Below, piece after piece: positions 20,201-26,243 of a stretch of 64,000 nucleotides of DNA. The notes under the pieces are model-generated. The model ran no database searches, was not told where the DNA came from, and saw nothing but the letters and a program-made list of their open reading frames with translations. Every line of letters starts with the position of its first letter. Position 1 is the first letter of the stretch. The translations under genes and the position numbers were made by a program. The DNA is from Eubacteriales bacterium (GTDB lineage: Bacteria; Bacillota; Clostridia; Oscillospirales; CAG-382): contig JAZSRP010000034.1 of NCBI GenBank assembly GCA_045538555.1, forward strand, positions 430 to 64,429, written 5' to 3'.

Positions 20201-20867
20201 TATCCAGAACGTTGACGGCGTATACCGTGCAGTTGGTTTCTATCAGAACGTAGCTGAGGTTTCTACCGTTACCGTTCCTGCTGACGGCTTCCTCCTCTAC
20301 ACCTTTGAGACCAACAGCGCTCACGCATATGCAAACGGCGGCGGTCTCCAGGGTCACTACTTCCTGCCCATCATCGACGTTGAGGCAACCGCTCCCTTTG
20401 CAGTTGATCCTTCTGTTGCCGCACCGGATCACATCTACGCAATCGAGGCGCCCGCAGCTGACATGACCGGCTACAATGCCGCAAAAGCAGCAGCAGAGGC
20501 ACTCAATGCTGATGATTACACTCCTGAGACATGGGCAATTCTTGAGGCAGCTCTTGCTGTTGACGTAAGCAACAAGAAAGAGTATGAGCAGGCAGCAGTT
20601 GACGCGGCAACCTCCGCAATCAACGCAGCAGTTCTTGGCCTTGAGGATGCAGTTGCAGACGTAGTATTTGGCGATATCGACGGCAACGGCGAGTTTGACG
20701 GCAACGACCTTGTTCTTGCACGTCAGGTTGACGCAGCTATGATCGAGATCGACCAGGCACTCCTTGATGCAATCGAAGTAAGCGGCGACGGTATCTTTGA
20801 TGGTGCTGACGTTGTACTTATGGTTCAGATGGACGCAGGCTTTATTGACGCTTGGCCCGCTGAATAA
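17235..20867 (+). CDS. Secreted multidomain surface protein: two discoidin/F5-8-type-C-like modules, Cys-rich repeats, C-terminal dockerin
   Basis: AAAGGAG Shine-Dalgarno before the ATG at 17235. Signal peptide MKRTLKRSLATVLSVLMVVTSMTAVLALFAGA. Discoidin-like blocks (...YWRFEFVTDGMFFMVSEIMVYEY; ...RYIKIEFVNNASFCFVGEIEICA). Three D.LYLYG.D modules. TC..GY.Y..C..C repeats. C-terminal dockerin Ca-loops GDIDGNGEFDGND and SGDGIFDGAD. Confidence 0.85.
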   Translation: MKRTLKRSLATVLSVLMVVTSMTAVLALFAGAYNTGDAVVTGDFVKVNHNLTATQTDYITADNITNYANSMNDGITADPDGGFSYGAPWYAFYLSNDNSKYTIDPATHTGYATFDLGAAKPISEVAMQVAPAIGTASSIKAYVSDDNATWEEVATLTYEGTAIQTISAVFETEIVAQYWRFEFVTDGMFFMVSEIMVYEYKAAEKANIGSINAYDWTANLPIILAYGRDKTVETAVGGNWFAWWIKIKAEWSQDDHAFVVNAIDGAPGTESHDYETWTLGEKEVILLANSGNVDAASYAAASALAVGDKLYLYGFDFTNASVNNLSTEADGVYTSSVYFYTQMAVEDGAYDVPDVVYPGYFTDVDVPEFATVENIIDDTTVITHDYAANTSYPGDIADGIAPDSGYTTDWRSYPNGTTSTLFDLGAERSDIGGVRVYLWPANQSGIVPPDAINVYASCDNVSYALMGTFDLSDPFYSEKSSETIWAELKFEKFLNARYIKIEFVNNASFCFVGEIEICAMEEISVQYFTTTYEYSTSSINLISYAMADILDDCNANLKTHEYWNFAQVEWNAATSTYQVAGVYTAEAGKDFGDLAVPKYGFIIGAHASGGDEAAEAFAAFIASLSEGDDLYLYGADLVELTEVGTAIPDAYITTSPVAGETAYRPEVIPLYTSVGFAASDSTLFVRITKEDGTVLSTLQDVAAYIRGIEVGDQTDYNYYYVITVDADDVVTGTYYVLGRDNEGGLKGEIEIPEGGYAIGLNAGSSYAAEFQEFVVGDSVVLYGVDLDELAQNPGATIVEDDPATEDVDESSVTASTIDISGAFFARGHVHTWETIVLEPTCTADGYTYDKCSTCGEIVIDESTRVGMTGHDESGEILTKEPTCVDEGYDYRICGNCNEELVIEGTSVPATGNHTYGEGIAVNTKFLQKTCEVCSGVIYTDNDGNVAKDIVVSHRNAYNWGTYEAMIITGEGKTVTEVIGQSPLWWTVTVIQNVDGVYRAVGFYQNVAEVSTVTVPADGFLLYTFETNSAHAYANGGGLQGHYFLPIIDVEATAPFAVDPSVAAPDHIYAIEAPAADMTGYNAAKAAAEALNADDYTPETWAILEAALAVDVSNKKEYEQAAVDAATSAINAAVLGLEDAVADVVFGDIDGNGEFDGNDLVLARQVDAAMIEIDQALLDAIEVSGDGIFDGADVVLMVQMDAGFIDAWPAE

Positions 20868-20909
20868 CATTTTTCGTAATCCAATATATTTTATAAAAGG
20901 AGAAACCCC

Positions 20910-21938
20910 ATGAAAAGAATCGCACTTATCCTTGCGGTTGCAATGATGGTATCCTGCTTCGCATGCGTTTTCGCATCTGCTGATGACTGTGTATTCACCT
21001 TTGCAACTGCCGGCATCGAGGACAACAACGTTGTATATCTCGGAACTACCACTGATGATATTCCCGATGATATCTTTGCTGTTGCTCTTCGCGTTGACAC
21101 CGCTGGCCAGCCCTTCTGCCGTTACAAGGTAGAGATTGCGTTTGACGCAACCAAGCTTGGCTACATCACTTGTACCGAGAGCGAAGGCGACTGCCTCCTC
21201 GGTATCTACGACCACACCACCGATGGTTACAGAAAAGTTAAGTACGACCTCTGCAACGACATGAATGCAGAAGCCGGCAAAATCATCGTAACCATGACCA
21301 ACGCTAGCAACCTCACCTACAAGCAGGGTCTGAAGACTCAGAACCTCACAATGGCATCCTTCATCGTTCTTTACTTCTACCCCCTCACCGATGAGGCATG
21401 CGACACCACTCTCAGCTGGACCTACACTGAGGTCAGAGATCAAGTTCCTTCGCTTCTTCCTTCTACCGGCGAGAACCTCACCCTCAAGATGAACGGCGGT
21501 GCTCCTGCAGCATCTGCTCCTCTTACTTCTCTTGGCGCTCTCGTTAACGAGGAGCTCGTAGGCCTCCGCTTCGGCGCTACCTACAACAGAATCGTTGAGA
21601 ACGGCGAAGTTACCGATCTCGGTATGATGCTTCTCCCCGCTGCTAAACTCGGCGATGATGAGCTCACTCTCGACTACATTGCAAACGGCGCAAACGGCGA
21701 TCTCGTTGCTAAGCTCTCTGCTAGAGGCATCGACGCTGACAGCTACGTTGCAAACCAGGCATTTGAGGACTATGCAAGCTTCACTTACACCTGCACTGTT
21801 ATCGGTCTTGAGGGCCACGAGGATGCAGACATTGTTGCTGTTCCCTACATCACCTATGATGGAACCGGCGCAATCTCTGAGTTCTATGCAGATGCAATGG
21901 TTAGAAACTTTGCTGCTGTTCTTGCTGCAAACGCTTAA
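20910..21938 (+). CDS. Secreted protein with cohesin-like N-terminal domain
   Basis: Signal peptide MKRIALILAVAMMVSCFACVFASA. Residues of about 25-165 (…FAVALRVDTAGQPFCRYKVEIAFDATKLGYITCTESEG…GKIIVTMTNAS…) follow the cohesin beta-sandwich pattern by eye. The C-terminal half is not recognised. Confidence 0.5.
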   Translation: MKRIALILAVAMMVSCFACVFASADDCVFTFATAGIEDNNVVYLGTTTDDIPDDIFAVALRVDTAGQPFCRYKVEIAFDATKLGYITCTESEGDCLLGIYDHTTDGYRKVKYDLCNDMNAEAGKIIVTMTNASNLTYKQGLKTQNLTMASFIVLYFYPLTDEACDTTLSWTYTEVRDQVPSLLPSTGENLTLKMNGGAPAASAPLTSLGALVNEELVGLRFGATYNRIVENGEVTDLGMMLLPAAKLGDDELTLDYIANGANGDLVAKLSARGIDADSYVANQAFEDYASFTYTCTVIGLEGHEDADIVAVPYITYDGTGAISEFYADAMVRNFAAVLAANA

Positions 21939-21955
21939 TTTGGGAGGTAGTTGTA

Positions 21956-22078
21956 ATGAAATATACTGCACCTGAATTTGAAGTTGTTATGTTCCAGACC
22001 GAGGATGTTATCACCCTCTCTCTCGCAATTGAAGCAAACGACAACACCGTTGTTGCTCCCAACAGCTGGTGGAACTAA
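21956..22078 (+). CDS. WW-tail small peptide, paralogue A (40 aa)
   Basis: Hand translation: MKYTAPEFEVVMFQTEDVITLSLAIEANDNTVVAPNSWWN. GGGAGG Shine-Dalgarno 8 nt upstream. Starts 17 nt after the cohesin-like gene stop. Paralogous to the peptides at 29809-30129. Confidence 0.75.
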   Translation: MKYTAPEFEVVMFQTEDVITLSLAIEANDNTVVAPNSWWN

Positions 22079-22108
22079 TTTAGTCACACACTAAATTACA
22101 ACACAAAA

Positions 22109-22133
22109 GGCGGTTCTTCGGAACCGCCTTTTT
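22109..22133 (+). terminator. Rho-independent terminator of the dockerin/cohesin/peptide operon
   Basis: ggcggttc-ttcg-gaaccgcc hairpin followed by TTTTT. Confidence 0.85.
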
Positions 22134-22162
22134 CTTTTCCTGTCTCGGGGGCAAGTCGATAT

Positions 22163-22421
22163 GTGAAGTTGTGAATGGAAAGGGCTTCTCATCCGCAGCA
22201 GCAGACATTCGAAATTTTGGGCTACACTTCTTCTTTTGTATATCAATTTTCGGTTTTTATCTCACAGTTGCAACCACTTTAAAAAGTTTTGTGTTACTTT
22301 TTCAAAAGTGACGAGCTTTGGGATAAGATTTTAAAATTTGATATTCATAGTGGGGAGTGTAGCCCGAAATTTTGAATACCCCTTGCTGCGGATGGGAAGC
22401 TGTTTTCGTTCACGACTTCAC
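22163..22421 (+). repeat. 66-nt imperfect inverted repeat pair flanking a 127-nt spacer (possible structured RNA or MITE-like element)
   Basis: Arms 22163-22228 and 22356-22421 match at 53 of 66 positions by hand alignment. Eight of the 13 mismatches would still pair as G-U in a + strand transcript. Confidence 0.7.
22281..22312 (+). repeat. Direct repeat copy 1 (contains small hairpin)
   Basis: aaaaagttttgtgttactttttcaaaagtgac. 31 of 32 positions identical to 22447-22478. Internal hairpin gttacttt-ttca-aaagtgac. Confidence 0.8.
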
Positions 22422-22446
22422 CCACCGACCAGCCCCGAAGGGCAAC

Positions 22447-22478
22447 AAAAAGTTTTGTGTTACTTTTTCAAAAGTAAC
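22447..22478 (+). repeat. Direct repeat copy 2
   Basis: aaaaagttttgtgttactttttcaaaagtaac. The perfect 8-bp hairpin gttacttt/aaagtaac differs from copy 1 by one wobble-compatible change. Confidence 0.8.
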
Positions 22479-22479
22479 A

Positions 22480-22505
22480 AAGGGAGCCGGAAAACCGACT
22501 CCCTT
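22480..22505 (-). terminator. Probable terminator of the lipoprotein gene
   Basis: Stem aagggagccgg / ccgactccctt (one mismatch) with an AAAA loop, followed on the - strand by a T-rich tract. Confidence 0.5.
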
Positions 22506-22545
22506 GAATGTTATTGCTTGTAATTTTTGGTATAGAACGAACCAA

Positions 22546-24006
22546 TCAGCTTTCCGAAAGAGCAAGTGAGAATGCTTTGTCCATATTTTCTTCAGACAGG
22601 AACACAATGATGTAATCCACAACGTTTTTGTCCTCTGCAGAGTACTGAATAGCGTTGGAGAGGTTGATGTCAAAATCACCGCTCTTTGCGATCATGCAGG
22701 ACTCAAAGCGCTCAAGAATAAAATCAACAAAGGGAAGTGTGCAGTCATCACGATAGATGAGAGCGTTGGGAAGCCGGAGTGAATCGGTGCGATCGGTGCG
22801 AACCAGCCATCTCTCTGCGGCGCCGTTGATGTTGTCAGCGTTGTCAGAGGTGGTAAAGAATCCGTAGTCACCGTTCTCTGCATCCTTGTACTTGCGGATA
22901 GAGTTGATCTTGGTTGAACCTGCCTCGTTTGTGCCAAGGTTGAGGTCGATCTTGTCAGTGGCCTCCATGATGGTGATCTCCTCGGTGATGATGGTAGGAT
23001 CGATCTCACGGAAGTTCACCAGATTGCCGCCCAGTGTGTTGACCTTTTTGAAAGTAAACTCATCAATGGGTCTGGGAGCAGAATCCGGGAAACGCTCTGC
23101 AACGGCGTTCATAACCTCGGTATAGGTGAGGAATGCGGCATAATCAGTGAGGTTGCTGTCGGTGACACGGAAGAGTCCGCCGTTTTCCAAAACGGTGGGG
23201 TCGTCCTTCAGCTGCTCAAAGATGGGAAGCATGTCCACAACGGTTGCTCTTGTCTGAGACAGAGTATCTCTGATCTGCTGATAGAGAGTGGTGTTGGTGT
23301 CCTGAACAGCGCCCTCGGGGAAAATCTCCGGGTACACGGTAGTAACGTTGGGAACCAGCACGTAGATCATCTCAACCATGTCGCCCTTTGCACGGGTCTC
23401 ATAACCGGTGATATAGCTGGTAACTTTTTCTCGGATCTTTTTCAGCTCGGAAACGGTGTAGAGGTTTGTGCCGGAGGCATCGTCAAGCATTTTGTCAAAA
23501 TACAGACGGGAGCCGGTACCAACGGAAACACTGTTGCCGTCAAGACGGGTATCAGCGGTTGCGTTGAACTCTGCAATGATGGAGCGAGCAAGACTGGTCT
23601 CTTTCTCCTCAACCTTTGCAGTAACCTCCAAAAGGTTGGATGCCTCGTATTTGAGGTCAACTTCAATCACAAAATAGGTGCCGTTTGCGGTTGTGGAGAC
23701 ATCCTCCACGCCGCCGGAAACAAAAATCACGGCGTTTTCCTCACACTCGCCGCAGATTGCCACGGTGCTGGGAGCGATGTTGACCACCTGTTTGACCACA
23801 GGCGCCTCTGTGTAGCCGTCGGGGGTAGAGATCTCATCAACAGAAACGTCCGCAACGGACTCTTCTTTTGAAAGATCCAGTGACATATTGTCGATGATGT
23901 CAATTCCGTCGTTTGTGTTAACACAAGCGGCAAGAATGACAGAGAGAAGCAGAACCAGCAGCATCAGCGCCGGAACTCTTGCAAAAACAGAAACTTTGTT
24001 TTTCAT
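22546..24006 (-). CDS. Lipoprotein, possibly AlgJ/DHHW-family-like with a degenerate motif
   Basis: ATG at 24006 preceded by GAGG. Signal peptide with lipobox MKNKVSVFARVPALMLLVLLLSVILAAC. The central segments IYVLVPNVTTVYPEIFP and FRVTDSNLTDYAAFLTY resemble the AlgJ/DHHW pattern, with DSNL in place of DHHW. This comparison was by eye only. Confidence 0.45.
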   Translation of the reverse strand: MKNKVSVFARVPALMLLVLLLSVILAACVNTNDGIDIIDNMSLDLSKEESVADVSVDEISTPDGYTEAPVVKQVVNIAPSTVAICGECEENAVIFVSGGVEDVSTTANGTYFVIEVDLKYEASNLLEVTAKVEEKETSLARSIIAEFNATADTRLDGNSVSVGTGSRLYFDKMLDDASGTNLYTVSELKKIREKVTSYITGYETRAKGDMVEMIYVLVPNVTTVYPEIFPEGAVQDTNTTLYQQIRDTLSQTRATVVDMLPIFEQLKDDPTVLENGGLFRVTDSNLTDYAAFLTYTEVMNAVAERFPDSAPRPIDEFTFKKVNTLGGNLVNFREIDPTIITEEITIMEATDKIDLNLGTNEAGSTKINSIRKYKDAENGDYGFFTTSDNADNINGAAERWLVRTDRTDSLRLPNALIYRDDCTLPFVDFILERFESCMIAKSGDFDINLSNAIQYSAEDKNVVDYIIVFLSEENMDKAFSLALSES

Positions 24007-24081
24007 GATTTGCCTCACTTTTTCGGAAAAGATGATAAAAACCGGGGGAATATAGAAAATGAGGTGAAAGCCGGAAGCGGA

Positions 24082-26118
24082 TTATTCCTCCTCGGCCGCT
24101 TTCTTTGCCTCGGCAATGACTTTTTGGGAGACCTCGCCGGGAGCTTCCTCGTATCTGACAAAATCAAATGTGTAGTTGCCTCTGCCCTGAGTGATAGCTC
24201 TGAGCTGAACCGCGTATGTGAGCATTTCTGCGGAGGGAACCTCTGCCTCGATGACGGTGTAGCCCTTGCGCGCACTCTCGCTCATACCCATGATCCTGCC
24301 GCGTCTCTTGCTGACGTCGCCCATGATGTCTCCGGAGAAAGAGGTGGGGATGGTGACCTTGAGGTAACCAACGGGCTCAAGAATAACGGGATTGGCCTTG
24401 GGGAGACCCTCTTTGTATGCCAGTTTTGCGGCAAGTTTGAAAGAGATCTCGTTGGAGTCAACGGGGTGGTAAGAACCGTCAAACAGGTCTGCCTTCAGGT
24501 TGGCCATGGGGAATCCTGCCAAAACACCCTTTTGCATTGCCTCAAGAAGTCCCTTTTCAACAGCGGGGTAATAGTTCTTGGGAACGTTACCGCCCACAAC
24601 GCTCTGTGTAAAGGTGAGACCGTCCTCATCGCCGGGGGCAAAGGTGATCTTTACGTGACCGTACTGACCGGAGCCGCCGGACTGTTTCTTGTGCTTGCCT
24701 TCAACAGCAATGGGCTTTTTGATTGCCTCGCGGTAAGCGATCTTGGGCTCAACCAGCTCGATTGCAGTACCATAGCGGGACTTGAGCTTGGAGCACATAA
24801 CATCAAGGTGAATGTCACCCAGACCGGAAACGGTCATTTCTTTTGTCTCGGCGTTGTTGAGGTATTTAAGAGTGAGGTCCTCGTCAAGCAGCTTGGCGAT
24901 ACCGGAGGAGATCTTGTCCTCGTCGTTCTTGGAAAGCAGCTTGATCGCCATAGTGTAGTAGGGCTTGGGGAACTCAATTGCGGCATACTCGTCGGTGGAG
25001 GAACCGGCAACCAGAGTGTTGTTGATGTTGGTGTTGACCAGCTTTACAACATAGCCGATATCACCGCATGCAAGCTCGTTTGCCTCGCTCTCCTTCTTGC
25101 CGCAGCAGGTGCAGATCTTTGCGATCTTTTCCTGCTGGTTGGTGGAGATATTGGTGAGCACCTGATCTTTTTTCAGGGTGCCGTTCATAACTTTGAAGAA
25201 AACTTTTTTGCCAAAGCTGTCTGCCAGAGTTTTGAAAACAAAGAGCTTTGTCTCGCCGTTCTCCTCGGCAGTCTTCATTGCCTCGATGGGAGAAACAAAT
25301 GCAGCGGCAACGATGTCAAGGAAGAACTTGATACCGCTGAGGTTCATGGATGAGCCGCAGAACACGGGAGCGATGGCACCGCTGATAAGTCCTGCGTTGA
25401 GCGCTTCATGCTTCTCTTCATGGTTGAGGGGCTCCTCAAGGATAAGAACCTTTTCCATCAGCTCATCGCTGGTGCCTGCAAGAGACTCGTCCAGAGCCGC
25501 TTTGTATGCCTCCATCTGATCCTTGCAGCTGTCGGGCAGGGTAGCGGCAACCTTGTTGCCTGCCTTGTCGCAGGTAAATGCCTCGTCGTTGATGAGGTCA
25601 TAATATCCCACGTTGCCGGTGCCCTCGTTGAAAGGAACGAGAACGGGACATACGGTGGAGCCAAACGCCTCGCGGAGACCGCTGTATGTGTTGGCAAAGT
25701 TGGAGTTGTCATCATCGGTCTTGTTTACAAAAAATGCTTTGGGCTTGCCCTGGGAATAATCCCAAGCCAGCTCGGTGCCTACCTTGCAGCCGGACTTTGC
25801 ATCCACGACGATAACAGAGCTTGCGGCAACAGCCACGGCTTCTTTTACCTCGCCTGCAAAGTCAAACATGCCGGGAGTGTCAAGAATGTTGATCTTCTTG
25901 CCGTTCCACTCGATGTTTACAAGAGAAGTTGCGATAGAATAACCTCTTTTTATTTCCTCGGGATCAAAGTCGCAGACGGTGGTGCCGTCAGCGGTCTTGC
26001 CGAGTCTGTCGGTAGCTTTTGCGAGATAGAGAATGGCCTCGGTGAGGGATGTTTTTCCGTCGCCGCTGTGGCCTACAAAGCAGATATTTCTGATCTGGGA
26101 AGAAGTAAATTTTGCCAT
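24082..26118 (-). CDS. Elongation factor G-like translational GTPase (EF-G paralogue)
   Basis: 678 aa from the ATG at 26118 (GGAGGAAC Shine-Dalgarno). G1 GHSGDGKTS, G3 DTPG, G4 NKTD. EF-G domains II-V are evident along the length. Confidence 0.85.
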   Translation of the reverse strand: MAKFTSSQIRNICFVGHSGDGKTSLTEAILYLAKATDRLGKTADGTTVCDFDPEEIKRGYSIATSLVNIEWNGKKINILDTPGMFDFAGEVKEAVAVAASSVIVVDAKSGCKVGTELAWDYSQGKPKAFFVNKTDDDNSNFANTYSGLREAFGSTVCPVLVPFNEGTGNVGYYDLINDEAFTCDKAGNKVAATLPDSCKDQMEAYKAALDESLAGTSDELMEKVLILEEPLNHEEKHEALNAGLISGAIAPVFCGSSMNLSGIKFFLDIVAAAFVSPIEAMKTAEENGETKLFVFKTLADSFGKKVFFKVMNGTLKKDQVLTNISTNQQEKIAKICTCCGKKESEANELACGDIGYVVKLVNTNINNTLVAGSSTDEYAAIEFPKPYYTMAIKLLSKNDEDKISSGIAKLLDEDLTLKYLNNAETKEMTVSGLGDIHLDVMCSKLKSRYGTAIELVEPKIAYREAIKKPIAVEGKHKKQSGGSGQYGHVKITFAPGDEDGLTFTQSVVGGNVPKNYYPAVEKGLLEAMQKGVLAGFPMANLKADLFDGSYHPVDSNEISFKLAAKLAYKEGLPKANPVILEPVGYLKVTIPTSFSGDIMGDVSKRRGRIMGMSESARKGYTVIEAEVPSAEMLTYAVQLRAITQGRGNYTFDFVRYEEAPGEVSQKVIAEAKKAAEEE

Positions 26119-26243
26119 ACTATGGGTTCCTCCGATAAAGTTTGTAGCATATAGAATTATTATATATGATTTGACCCAAATAATCAAGTGCAAAATAAGC
26201 ATTTTTCGGTCATATCACCAAAAAAATGCATATATTTTGCCAT

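Noticed and set aside
17217-21971. 1584-aa ORF on the - strand, the longest ORF in the track
   Set aside because: It is codon-aligned antisense to two well-supported + strand genes that have signal peptides, Shine-Dalgarno sites, and dockerin and discoidin motifs. It also spans their intergenic region. Its translation is low-complexity (V/G/C/N-rich) with no Shine-Dalgarno or recognisable domain. It is open only because the sense genes avoid TTA, CTA and TCA.
24082-26118. Calling the EF-G paralogue a Tet(M)/Tet(W)-type ribosomal protection (resistance) gene
   Set aside because: The G-domain motifs are generic to the EF-G superfamily. There is no mobile-element context. Paralogue type cannot be decided without phylogeny, so no resistance claim is made.
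24010-26154. 447-aa and 248-aa + strand ORFs opposite the EF-G paralogue
   Set aside because: Codon-aligned antisense frames of a gene with unmistakable GTPase motifs. No independent support.
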